This document shows, piece by piece, positions 51,909 through 61,962 of a DNA stretch of 64,000 nt (positions are counted from its first letter, which is position 1; each line of letters begins with the position of its first letter). Source of the DNA: Chitinophagales bacterium. GTDB taxonomy: Bacteria > Bacteroidota > Bacteroidia > Chitinophagales > Chitinophagaceae. The stretch lies in assembly GCA_038213285.1 (NCBI GenBank), contig JBBQTL010000002.1, positions 19,949 to 83,948 of the forward strand, read 5' to 3'. The notes below the pieces were generated by a model. The model saw only the letters and a program-made list of their open reading frames with translations. It made no database searches and was not told the origin of the DNA. The position numbers and the translations under genes were made by a program.

Positions 51909-53432
51909 ATGTTTAAAAGTATAGCACTTGATGTGGTAATAGGACTTGTTTTTATTTTCCTGTTGTATAGCATGCTTGCCACTATTATACAGGAAATTAT
52001 TGCTACAAAACTTGCATTCAGATCAAAAATTTTACAAAAGGCAATTCTTAGAATGTTGGAAGATGGAAAAACTACCACGTTTTCTCCGTTTTTCGATGTA
52101 TTGAAGGGCTTTTACCAATTGATGTTTAGAACGGATACATTAAAGGGGAAACGTTTTGCCACTGCTTTTTACACCCATCCATTAATAAAGTATCTTACTG
52201 AAGACAACTGGTTTAGCAAACCTGCATATCTAGATGCTAAAAACTTCTCTAAAGTAATAATAGACTTGATACTTGGAATTGAACCGAATCTTCAGGGGTA
52301 CAATATTTTAAAAATAAAAGACTCTGTGGATAGTGGGCTTTTAAAGGACAATTTAAAAACAAATGATCCTGCTAATCCTGCAAACAAGGCTTATAAAGAG
52401 GAAAACAAAATCTCCAATAGCAAAGAAATTATTGATATTAACCCCGAAACGCAGCTGTTTCTCCAGTCGCTGCTGACCGAATCTCAGGGTGATGTCGAAA
52501 AGTTAAAAGTGCTGCTTGAAAAATGGTTTGACGATACAATGGACCGGGCAACCGGCTGGTATAAACGATATACCCAATACATACTACTAATCATTGGATT
52601 TGTTCTAGCAGTCGCTTTCAATGTAGACAGCATAGCCATTTATAAAATACTATCTAAAGACAAACCGGCAAGAGACCAACTTGTACAGATGGCAATAGCC
52701 AGTAAGGACAAATTCAAATCGGAGGTGGACCGGCAAAGAAAAAATGAACAAGGAGAAGTTACGCTTTCTTCACCTGAGAGTGATTCCCTTTTAAAAGAAA
52801 CATACAAAATGGTTGTGGAAGATGCCAACACTTCCAACCAGGTAATGGGACTTGGCAGGCCCTGGAAAGATACATGTACAATGTGTGGGAATTTTAATAG
52901 CGATTCTACCCAGCTTCGTTTTAAGTTTTTAGCACCCAAAAAGGATTCTTTCAATTTGATTCTGGCGGCATCTGTTATCAATGACACCAACATTGCCATC
53001 AAAAAACGATTGCCAAATATTAAAAAATCGCCCAGAGATTCCGTTTCCCTTGAATCATTAATGGGAATCAAAAAAACAAATGACAGTTTTCTTTTAATAT
53101 ATAAACCTGCCGCAATGGAGTATGATAGCTTAAATACTCTTGGTAAAAGGTGCGTATATATTAAAAAGGAGATTGGTGATAAATGGTTTAAGTATAGTCC
53201 TAACCAGGCTGGTGATGAAGAGACATTTTTAGGGTGGCTGATTACTGCATTGGCAATTTCCCTCGGAGCGCCTTTTTGGTATGATTTGTTAAGTAAGGTA
53301 ATTAATCTCAGAGGCGCAGGTAGGAAAAGCGGATCATCAGATGGTTCTGGTAATTCTACCACTACGCCAAATGCGCCCTCACCGGTAACTGTAAACGTAA
53401 ACTCAAATTCCGGCGAGGAGGCCGTAGGTTAA
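51909..53432 (+). CDS. Hypothetical membrane protein (WFD.TMDR..GWYKR / LGAPFW family)
   Basis: N-terminal TM (LDVVIGLVFIFLLYS), central TM and C-terminal GWLITALAISLGAPFWYDLL; start moved to the ATG at 51909. Confidence 0.75.
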   Translation: MFKSIALDVVIGLVFIFLLYSMLATIIQEIIATKLAFRSKILQKAILRMLEDGKTTTFSPFFDVLKGFYQLMFRTDTLKGKRFATAFYTHPLIKYLTEDNWFSKPAYLDAKNFSKVIIDLILGIEPNLQGYNILKIKDSVDSGLLKDNLKTNDPANPANKAYKEENKISNSKEIIDINPETQLFLQSLLTESQGDVEKLKVLLEKWFDDTMDRATGWYKRYTQYILLIIGFVLAVAFNVDSIAIYKILSKDKPARDQLVQMAIASKDKFKSEVDRQRKNEQGEVTLSSPESDSLLKETYKMVVEDANTSNQVMGLGRPWKDTCTMCGNFNSDSTQLRFKFLAPKKDSFNLILAASVINDTNIAIKKRLPNIKKSPRDSVSLESLMGIKKTNDSFLLIYKPAAMEYDSLNTLGKRCVYIKKEIGDKWFKYSPNQAGDEETFLGWLITALAISLGAPFWYDLLSKVINLRGAGRKSGSSDGSGNSTTTPNAPSPVTVNVNSNSGEEAVG

Positions 53433-53436
53433 CATT

Positions 53437-54405
53437 ATGTCACGTTTAATTGTAAAAGCCAATAAGTTAAATAAAAGGAAAGCTGTTCCTGCACTTTTGC
53501 CTGATTTAACAACTATAGTAGGTATCGTAAACAAAGATTTTATTTTTGAAGGGGAAGAAGTTCTCGCTGTTCCTAATCCGGCGTTGGGTAAATGGTATAA
53601 AGACAAAGACGAACATTTCTATTGGGGGGGTGGGGTAAATTTATTTGAGGATGAGGCTAGTGACAGGAAGGCAGAACTTACTACACCAGACAATTCTATT
53701 TTAGAGAATATTACAATTACACCAATTGTAAAACGAAAAATTGAACAAGTCATAAACGCATTTGAAACAGGATCTGCCCAGGGAAATTATGCTATGTTAG
53801 TTAAGCTCAGGGATTATAATGATCCGGAAACTAAAACAAGAATAGTTCAGGTTACTTATGGACGTTCCCAAACAACTGAATTTGGGCATCTGAAAGAACT
53901 CATACAGGACTATGTGCAAAGCAATGGAACTTTTGCAGCCCAACTGATACCTTTTCTCAACAGGATTGGAAAAAAGCCGAGCCTTGCAACCGATGATACC
54001 TTCTGTAATGCACTTAAAAATGCAGGAAGGAATGATTCGATTATGAAAGAATGCCAGGATAATTTATTTGACACAAAATATTACCAACCCGCTCATAGTT
54101 GGTTTGCCGGTAATGGCTTCTTATTGCCTTTAAGCTTGCTCGTCATTTACGACAGTTTCATCCATTCGGGTTCCATTCTTCCTTTTCTTAGAAAAAATTT
54201 TTCAACAGTTGTACCTGCAATTGGTGGAAACGAAAAAGACTGGATCGTAAACTATGTAAATGCAAGGTATAGCTGGTTGGCCAATCACAGCAATGAACTG
54301 CTGAGAAATACGGTTTACCGAACAAATTGTTTTAAGGAGCAAATACAACATGATAATTGGGATTTGTCGCAAAGCATGAGGGCAAATGGAGTGTCTATTA
54401 CTTAA
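53437..54405 (+). CDS. Chitosanase-like (GH46/lysozyme-fold) glycoside hydrolase with N-terminal accessory domain
   Basis: INAFETG, VTYGRSQTTE, Q..FD..YYQPA and VIYDSFIHSG motifs. Confidence 0.7.
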   Translation: MSRLIVKANKLNKRKAVPALLPDLTTIVGIVNKDFIFEGEEVLAVPNPALGKWYKDKDEHFYWGGGVNLFEDEASDRKAELTTPDNSILENITITPIVKRKIEQVINAFETGSAQGNYAMLVKLRDYNDPETKTRIVQVTYGRSQTTEFGHLKELIQDYVQSNGTFAAQLIPFLNRIGKKPSLATDDTFCNALKNAGRNDSIMKECQDNLFDTKYYQPAHSWFAGNGFLLPLSLLVIYDSFIHSGSILPFLRKNFSTVVPAIGGNEKDWIVNYVNARYSWLANHSNELLRNTVYRTNCFKEQIQHDNWDLSQSMRANGVSIT

Positions 54406-54422
54406 CAACAGAAAAGAAGACC

Positions 54423-55559
54423 ATGTTACAATTAATTGTAAAAGCAAAAAGACTAAATAAGCGGAAAGTAATACCAGCCTTTTTGCCTGACCCTAATAAC
54501 ATCGTAGGGGTAGTTAATGAGAACTTTGTTTTTGAAGGGGATGAAGTAGGTGAGCTTGATTTGCCCAATAAGGCTTTAGGAAAATGGTATAAAGATAGGG
54601 ATGGACATTTTTATTGGGGAGGTGGATTAGGGGAGAAAGAGGAAGTTTTGGCGAAAGACTTTAAAGCTGCTGTGATATTTCCCTGGTGGATAGAAAACGC
54701 TCTATATTCGATACCCGAATTATGGAATGAAAAATCAAGTAAAAAAGTAACAATAGCCATTTTAGATACTGGAATAAATGAACATTTTGATTTTGATTTT
54801 AGCAAGATTAACGGCTTTAATTATTTAGAGAATAACGAAAGTTATAAAACAGATGGCCATGGACATGGAACACATTTGGCAGGAATAATTGCAGCACAAG
54901 GCAAAAAATCATTTGGAGTAAACCCAACAGTAGATTTATTTATTGCTAAAGTTTCCGACAGCTCAAATACATTGTCCCTTAAGGCTGTAAGAGATTGCCT
55001 TAGCGATATTCTTAATCAAAAAAATGGTGCAATTGACATTGATGTAATTAATATGAGCTTTCAAATTACCGTAGGAATAGACCCTGAAGAAATTAAACTA
55101 AAGCAAGAAATTGAAGATTTACTAAGAAAATTACACAATAATAATAACTGTATATTGGTAAGTGCTGTGGGTAATATTAACAGAGTCAAAAATTTTTTCC
55201 CTGCATCAATGGAAGAGTGTATTTCAGTTGGTAATATTAATTCCGAACTAAAAAGGAACCCAAACTCAACAATGTCCCCTTCCTTGGATATAATGGCTCC
55301 GGGCACGGAAATAGTTTCATTAAAAGGAGTAGATGAATTAGGGGTGCTTTCTGGATCCAGCCAATCATGTGCATTTGTGAGTGCAGTATGTTCAAAAGGA
55401 ATACAAGAATTAAAAGAGTTTTTATTAAGTGACAATAAAATGCTGATTAAACATCTTTTGCACACTGCGTTTAATAATTCATTTCCCTTACTTGAATATG
55501 GAAGTGGTATTGTTAGTCCTAATCAATTTATAAAATCAATAAAAACTATAGCAAGATGA
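54423..55559 (+). CDS. S8 family serine peptidase with the same N-terminal accessory domain
   Basis: ILDTG, HGHGTH, SAVGN and SGSSQS triad motifs; start moved to the ATG at 54423. Confidence 0.85.
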   Translation: MLQLIVKAKRLNKRKVIPAFLPDPNNIVGVVNENFVFEGDEVGELDLPNKALGKWYKDRDGHFYWGGGLGEKEEVLAKDFKAAVIFPWWIENALYSIPELWNEKSSKKVTIAILDTGINEHFDFDFSKINGFNYLENNESYKTDGHGHGTHLAGIIAAQGKKSFGVNPTVDLFIAKVSDSSNTLSLKAVRDCLSDILNQKNGAIDIDVINMSFQITVGIDPEEIKLKQEIEDLLRKLHNNNNCILVSAVGNINRVKNFFPASMEECISVGNINSELKRNPNSTMSPSLDIMAPGTEIVSLKGVDELGVLSGSSQSCAFVSAVCSKGIQELKEFLLSDNKMLIKHLLHTAFNNSFPLLEYGSGIVSPNQFIKSIKTIAR

Positions 55560-57817
55560 AAACTTTTCTTTTTTCTTTTTTTCTTTTTTTTGGTTTATTT
55601 TCTAAAGGCCAAACTTGTTTTTATGATGCACTCAAATTGAGGGAATACATAATTTTAAAAGACGGTAAACCAAAATTTATTATTATTGACGCGTCTCAAG
55701 GTGATACTGCTGAGCAAAAGATAAAACTCAAGGAATATTGTGATCTATTAAATACAAAATATTATCGAGGCAAATTACAATCTCCTGAGGAGATTCACAC
55801 TTCTTTGGGTGATGGGACCGACCAAAGTTTCAATCCCTTTTTAGCACTTTATCTAAAAACTTCGAGCGGACTCTCTGATGATGGAGTAGAAATTAAGAAA
55901 ACAAACTTATCTAATTCAATATTTTCTTCCCTTGGAGGCATTGAAATCCCAAGCAAAATTTTACTCGGTGTTACAGACTTCATTGTAAAAAGAACCAAGC
56001 AGGAGTTGAGTATTGCTTTCTTTGAGAAGTTTAAAGAAACGCTTCAAAAGCCTGGATATATAGATTTACAAACAGTATTTCCACAAACTTACAAGGCGTT
56101 GATTGCTATTGGGGACGAAATATTTAAGTACCAGGCATACTTGCAACTTCTGAGATCGGCATTTATTAATGATATAGATGTATTGGATGAAAACCTTCCC
56201 TCCATTATTGAAAACCATCTTGCCTTTTGGAACAAGCATAAAGAATTGAAAGCAACTCTTCAAAGCGCTTTTTACATCACAAGTTCTTTAAAAGATAAAG
56301 TTCATCCAGGCGACATATTGCAGGACTACCCTGCCGAATATTTGGACTCTTTGCACACAAACTGGAAAGCTTCCATACAAACCTTGCAGGTGTTTTCATC
56401 TTCCTTAAGAGATACAACAAATAATAAAGACTCTGCATTTTGGATAAGTCCTAAACAGGTAAAACCGTTGGTTGCTGATGAAATAACTTTTCGGATTTTT
56501 TTAGGCCTGGTTTACCAAAAGGCAAAAATAGATTTCCCCGATTCTATCATATTTCAGAAAAGGGACAGGACCGATTTTACTTTATTCACATTATTGGATA
56601 GTCTTGCAATTAATTTCACATCAAAGTACAGGTTGTATGCAAACTATATAAAACAGCTTGCAGAAAAAACCAATAAGCTCAACCTGCTTATAAAAAATCA
56701 TGAAAAACAAAGTAATGACTCAATAGCATTTCAGGAATATTACAATTATTTTAATGCTACTGTTACTCTTTTGAAGCAGGCATCAGAAATTAGTAAATTA
56801 CCTTACATTGATAAGGTGGTACCTAATTTGGCTGATACACTGAAAGATTATTTTGATATAGCCCGGACAACTGGCAACCTGGTAATGGATATTAAGAAGC
56901 GACATTATTCCTCTGCCATTACCAATGCCGCAACCATTTACGATTTGGTAAAGGCAAAGCCGGCAAGAGCAGACAGGAATTCACTTAATGCAATACCTTC
57001 TTCCCACAATGACTTTGTGAGAATGAGAAAGGAAATTGTTAGTAGAATTAAAAATGCTAATGATTTGCAATCGTTGCAATCAACATTGGCTTCAAATGAC
57101 GTGCAGGCCGCTGCGCCAGGAGTTGATGTTTTTTCACAAACCTTATCAAATGCAGATCTTGATACTATAGCCGAAACAAAAAACCAGTTAGTTAAATACG
57201 GTGCTTTTTTAGCGGCTGTTTCGAGTGCAAATAGCCCGGACGATGTAGAGAACGCCATTGAAACCGTGGCTTTACCATCCGGCAGCTCAAGAATAAAACG
57301 AGAAAGTAAATTGAACGTCTCATTAAATGCTTATTGCGGGTTATTTGCCGGGTGGGAAAAAATTAAAGGTGTCGATCGTGATAAATTCAAAGTCAACTCT
57401 TATGGCGTAGCCGCCCCTATAGGTATCAGTATCAGCCGAGGGCATTCAATATTTTTTGTCAATACGGGAGAAAAGGGTTGGAGTGAAAATAAATATGGTT
57501 GGTCAACATCTTTATTTCTTTCTATTATTGATCTTGGTACTGTTGCAGCTTTTCGGTTTAAGAATGACACAACTGCCCAGGTGCCGACAGTACAATTGAA
57601 AGACATATTATCACCAGGCGTATTTATTTCTCTTGGGATACCCAAATCTCCCCTATCGTTAAACTTTGGGGCTCAGGTTGGCCCAAATCTTCGAAAAATT
57701 GATAACAATAGTTCAACTTTAGCAAGTAAGGATAATGACAATAAAACCTATGCCAGATATAGTTTGTCTGTAGTAGTCGATATCCCACTATTAAATTTTT
57801 ATACTAAATCAAAGTAA
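55556..57817 (+). CDS. Large exported hypothetical protein with probable C-terminal membrane beta-strands
   Basis: Signal peptide; helical middle; C-terminal alternating strands ending VDIPLLNFY. Confidence 0.7.
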   Translation: MKTFLFSFFLFFGLFSKGQTCFYDALKLREYIILKDGKPKFIIIDASQGDTAEQKIKLKEYCDLLNTKYYRGKLQSPEEIHTSLGDGTDQSFNPFLALYLKTSSGLSDDGVEIKKTNLSNSIFSSLGGIEIPSKILLGVTDFIVKRTKQELSIAFFEKFKETLQKPGYIDLQTVFPQTYKALIAIGDEIFKYQAYLQLLRSAFINDIDVLDENLPSIIENHLAFWNKHKELKATLQSAFYITSSLKDKVHPGDILQDYPAEYLDSLHTNWKASIQTLQVFSSSLRDTTNNKDSAFWISPKQVKPLVADEITFRIFLGLVYQKAKIDFPDSIIFQKRDRTDFTLFTLLDSLAINFTSKYRLYANYIKQLAEKTNKLNLLIKNHEKQSNDSIAFQEYYNYFNATVTLLKQASEISKLPYIDKVVPNLADTLKDYFDIARTTGNLVMDIKKRHYSSAITNAATIYDLVKAKPARADRNSLNAIPSSHNDFVRMRKEIVSRIKNANDLQSLQSTLASNDVQAAAPGVDVFSQTLSNADLDTIAETKNQLVKYGAFLAAVSSANSPDDVENAIETVALPSGSSRIKRESKLNVSLNAYCGLFAGWEKIKGVDRDKFKVNSYGVAAPIGISISRGHSIFFVNTGEKGWSENKYGWSTSLFLSIIDLGTVAAFRFKNDTTAQVPTVQLKDILSPGVFISLGIPKSPLSLNFGAQVGPNLRKIDNNSSTLASKDNDNKTYARYSLSVVVDIPLLNFYTKSK

Positions 57818-57840
57818 AATATTCATTTAAAAATTATACT

Positions 57841-58788
57841 ATGTCACGTCAAACAATCATCGATAGTGCCGCTTCAGAAAACGGCACAAAAGAAGCTCCT
57901 GCAAATTCAAACAAAACAAAATATGGCAAATGGTATGGTTTAGATGGCGAAAAATGGTGTGCTATTTTTGTTAGTTTCGTATACCAGCATGCCGGTCATC
58001 CGTTGGAAGTAGTCGACAGTCCAAAAGGATATCAATCCTGCCAATCTGGATTTAATTTCTGGAAAAGAAAAAACCGTTTTACAAAAGAGCCCCAGCCAGG
58101 TGATATCGTTTTGTATGACTGGACTGGTGATGGCCATAGCGACCACACGGGAATATTTGTTAAGTGGCTGGATGCTGCCAAAACAAAATTCCATGCATGG
58201 GAGGGCAATACCGCACAGGGAAACGACAGCGATGGGGGGCAGGTCATGTTGCGGGAAAGGAAGAAAACGACAGTGGCAGCCTTTGTAATTCCAATTGCTT
58301 TGGATAATATCACTCCTGCTAATTTTGATAATGACGATACACTACAAAAAGGCGACACCGGCTCTGCGGTTACAATTCTTCAGAAATTATTACATGATCT
58401 AAATTTTAAAATCATCGTAGATGGGTTATTCGGTACTGATACAGAAACTATTGTAAAAACATTTCAGCAAAAACATTCTTTATCAGTTACAGGTGTTGTT
58501 ACACCGGAAGTGTTAGGAGCAATTCAGGAAGAAGCATCTTTCCCCTCTGTCCCGGCAAAAAAATTTACAAGTGGTTCATTCATTAAAAAAGGAGATAGTG
58601 GTAGTGCAGTTTTATCAATACAAAAGGCCTTGAATATTAAAGGGGCAAATCCCGCAACCGATGAGGATGGGGTATTTGGTAACGGAACACTTTCTGCTGT
58701 TAAAACATTTCAACAAAACAATAATCTTGGTGCCGATGGAGTTGTTGGTCCCAAAACATTTAATGCCCTTGGAGTTTCTGATATTTAG
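57841..58788 (+). CDS. CHAP-domain peptidoglycan hydrolase with two PG_binding_1 domains
   Basis: WCAIFVS (Cys), DHTGIF (His) and EGNT; two LQKGD.G.AV..LQ..L...DG.FG..T...VKTFQ repeats. Confidence 0.9.
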   Translation: MSRQTIIDSAASENGTKEAPANSNKTKYGKWYGLDGEKWCAIFVSFVYQHAGHPLEVVDSPKGYQSCQSGFNFWKRKNRFTKEPQPGDIVLYDWTGDGHSDHTGIFVKWLDAAKTKFHAWEGNTAQGNDSDGGQVMLRERKKTTVAAFVIPIALDNITPANFDNDDTLQKGDTGSAVTILQKLLHDLNFKIIVDGLFGTDTETIVKTFQQKHSLSVTGVVTPEVLGAIQEEASFPSVPAKKFTSGSFIKKGDSGSAVLSIQKALNIKGANPATDEDGVFGNGTLSAVKTFQQNNNLGADGVVGPKTFNALGVSDI

Positions 58789-59142
58789 CGTCCTTGTTAA
58801 TTAATGGAACGGAGCTTAAGCGAAAGAACGGACTTATTACCGGAATCTGGTGGGGCTGTCAGTAAAACTTCGCTTAGACACTGATGAAGCAATTGCTGCA
58901 AAAAACTGGGACTAAAAATTAAAAATTGTTTGGGATCCCTGTAATATTGAACCGGTAGGTATTGCAGTATCAGAAGCGAAGGCTGGCACGAGACCCTTAT
59001 GATATGCGACTGCATCCTAGCTTTAAACATAGTATACTAACGTCCATCGATTACAATCCAGAATGGCAATAGGATATCTCTGTTGCATATCCTTCTGCCA
59101 TTCCATTGGTCGATCAATATTGGTTCTTAAATTTTAATTTTT

Positions 59143-61689
59143 ATGGGAAAATTTTACGACTCCATCACTTCCGGGGCAAGAAATTTTTTGAAGTTTCTTT
59201 TTGATCATTTTTATACCCTGTTCAAAGATCTCTGGAAGGCCAAAGATGATATCCAGTTCCGGTACCTATTGACTGATTTCCTGGCGGTTTTAAGAAGCGC
59301 AGGAATGTTTACGTTCTTCAATTTAGTAGCCTTGATCGTATTTACTACTTTGCCACAGGGCAAAGACATTTTACTGATAATAGCGGAAGATATTAGTCGT
59401 CCGGATCCGAAGTTTGGCAATCTGTTGTGGTTAATCATTGGGGTTATTTTTTGGAGCATTGTATCAGAATATGGCACCCGTTATTCAATTTATGTTACCG
59501 ACAATTCGGGTAATAGTTTGTCTGATAAACGGGTTATCTGGCGCAAGGCAATTCAACGGGCCACAGCGGAGATATTTTTGATGTTGCCATTTTTGATTGT
59601 CTTTATCGGGTTTATAATTAATTACATACAGGATACCTCTCTGTCCGAAAAAGAAAAGAGATGGGGATTTGGCGTTCCGGCACTTTGTTTATACCTTGTT
59701 TTCAGTGTAGTTGCCAAATTTTATTTTTCAGACAAAAGACGGCTTTGGCGTTCAAATCCCAATTCATTCCAAAAGTTTGTCTTGCTGCCGGATGTGGAGT
59801 CAGAGTGGTGCAATAAATTAATTGGCATCTATAACAGATATGTATTTGTTTTGCGAAAACCTTCCAATTTTACACAACAGGTAAGAGGGCAATATTCAGA
59901 TTTTTGTGAAAATTTTTTATCCGTTTCTGAAGAAGAAAGAAATCGCTTTCCGCAGAATCCCGAAAAAATTGACGATAAAAGCAGGGTTCCTCAAGAATTT
60001 AATTTTGAAATTTTTACCGATGACCAGGAAAATAGAACAGAAGATAACCCTGCCGGTAATTTTAAATGGATGTACAGTATTCCGACAAATTTTTACAAAA
60101 CCCTTCACAAGCAATTACTCCTGGTTTTTGTTGTAAGTCTTACGTTGTTTATAACTATCTGTTTTTTGCCAATCCAATATTATGCAATTATTGGCGGGCC
60201 GGGATTGGTGGTAATAGCTTTTGGGTGCTGGAGCGGATTGTATGCAGGACTTATGTATATGGATTTTGCAGTTTTGCGTTCTTATAATGTATCCCTTCGT
60301 TTTGTACTTTTCCTTGCACTCATTTTATCTTCCATTTTCAACGATGACCATCGGGTAAGGTATAATGAAAACGGCAATCGCAATATAGATAACCGGCCGC
60401 CAATAAAAGAACATTTTTTAAAGTGGTTCAATCAATACCGACAGGATACACTCCACTCTTTGTTTTATTTAAGTAGCGACACATCAAAAAAAGCACCTTT
60501 TTTTCCGGTGGTTTTTGTTTGTGCAGAAGGAGGGGCCTTACGTACCGGGGCTTTTGCGGCACAAACCCTAAGTTTCCTGCAAGACTCGATATCCCGGCAT
60601 TATGATATTGATGTGAGAAATTCTGTGTATGCATTTTCTGGCGTATCAGGGGGCGCATTAGGTATTAGTTTTTTTAATGCAACAGCCTATTTATCAAAAC
60701 CTGGCGACCTGAAACAAGATACTTCATTCAGTGCCCTGTCGAAGCTTTTTTTTAATGAAGATTTCCTTTCGCCTGTAATAGGAAAAATGTTTTATGCAGA
60801 TATCGTCAATTTATTTTTACCAATTAATATTGAAAAATTTGACCGGGCAATCGCTTTGGAAAAAGCCTGGGAACATGGATTTGAGAAAGTGATTAAAAAA
60901 GATAGCCGTAATATCTTTTCATCCGATTTCCGCAGTCTTTATGCTGATACATCAAAATTATATCCGGCTATTTTTATTAATACAACTGAGGCAGAAACAG
61001 GGCGTCAGTGCTGGCTTAGCAATGTAAAGCCTGACAGCGATTTCGTTTTTGGTGAAAAGAGAGATCTTTTGTCTTATAAAATACGGGGCGGGGTTAATTA
61101 CAGCACTGTAACAAATTTTAGCTCCCGTTTTCCTTTGTTTTCACCCGCAGCAAACGTAATACAGGATGATGGAAAAAAATTCCATTACCTGGATGGGGGC
61201 TATGTTGAAAATACCGGCACTGGTACTATGCTGGAGGTTCTGCAGGCGCTTACACCGGTATTTGATTCGTTGTCATTTAATAGAGATACAACTGGAAAGG
61301 GAATAACGCCTTTCATAAAGCCATTTGTATTAATACTTCAATATAATCAATATAATAACGGGTCGCCCCAAAACATAAGCTTTGCCAATGAATTCACAGA
61401 GGTTATTGGCGGTGTTTACAATACCCGAAATGGAAGGTCTGCCACATCCCTGGAACAAATCCAACGGTATACAAAAAAACTTGGTGGCGAAAGTTTTATA
61501 CTTCCACTTGAAAAATCAGGCAGTGAGGTACCGATGAACTGGGTCTTGTCTAAGAAAAGCTTGCAAAAAATTGAAGATGATATTAAGGGGAAATGGGAAC
61601 AGCGCAACAAAGGGGCTTTGAGAAAATTTTTTGCAATAGATACCAATACTGTTAAATGGAAAGAAATGATTAGGCGGTCTGCACGATAA
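59143..61689 (+). CDS. Membrane-bound patatin-like phospholipase
   Basis: Multi-TM N-terminus; EGGALRTG oxyanion, GVSGG nucleophile and LDGGYVEN. Confidence 0.85.
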   Translation: MGKFYDSITSGARNFLKFLFDHFYTLFKDLWKAKDDIQFRYLLTDFLAVLRSAGMFTFFNLVALIVFTTLPQGKDILLIIAEDISRPDPKFGNLLWLIIGVIFWSIVSEYGTRYSIYVTDNSGNSLSDKRVIWRKAIQRATAEIFLMLPFLIVFIGFIINYIQDTSLSEKEKRWGFGVPALCLYLVFSVVAKFYFSDKRRLWRSNPNSFQKFVLLPDVESEWCNKLIGIYNRYVFVLRKPSNFTQQVRGQYSDFCENFLSVSEEERNRFPQNPEKIDDKSRVPQEFNFEIFTDDQENRTEDNPAGNFKWMYSIPTNFYKTLHKQLLLVFVVSLTLFITICFLPIQYYAIIGGPGLVVIAFGCWSGLYAGLMYMDFAVLRSYNVSLRFVLFLALILSSIFNDDHRVRYNENGNRNIDNRPPIKEHFLKWFNQYRQDTLHSLFYLSSDTSKKAPFFPVVFVCAEGGALRTGAFAAQTLSFLQDSISRHYDIDVRNSVYAFSGVSGGALGISFFNATAYLSKPGDLKQDTSFSALSKLFFNEDFLSPVIGKMFYADIVNLFLPINIEKFDRAIALEKAWEHGFEKVIKKDSRNIFSSDFRSLYADTSKLYPAIFINTTEAETGRQCWLSNVKPDSDFVFGEKRDLLSYKIRGGVNYSTVTNFSSRFPLFSPAANVIQDDGKKFHYLDGGYVENTGTGTMLEVLQALTPVFDSLSFNRDTTGKGITPFIKPFVLILQYNQYNNGSPQNISFANEFTEVIGGVYNTRNGRSATSLEQIQRYTKKLGGESFILPLEKSGSEVPMNWVLSKKSLQKIEDDIKGKWEQRNKGALRKFFAIDTNTVKWKEMIRRSAR

Positions 61690-61962
61690 ACAACTTTTAC
61701 TTTATCATTTGTATGAATTTCACCTTTCCACTCGAAAAAACTGACGAAAATGAAGTTTTAGTTTGATGAAAATTTCGTTGTTTTTGGTTTGTATATGGTA
61801 AAAGTGTGCTGAGTATTTTCACCGGATCTAACTTAAGCAAAATTATGTGTATATTCTATTTGTTTTTTAGTTAATGACAGGATATCAGTAAAATCTGGCA
61901 CCAGGTGCTTGCCTGTCCTAATTTTTCCTGATTGATACAAGGCGATTAAGTAAATTTATTTT

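Noticed and set aside
52640-53362. Long antisense ORFs (for example 52640-53362, 13963-14622, 9483-9854)
   Set aside because: They are shadows of well-supported opposite-strand genes and show no recognisable motifs.
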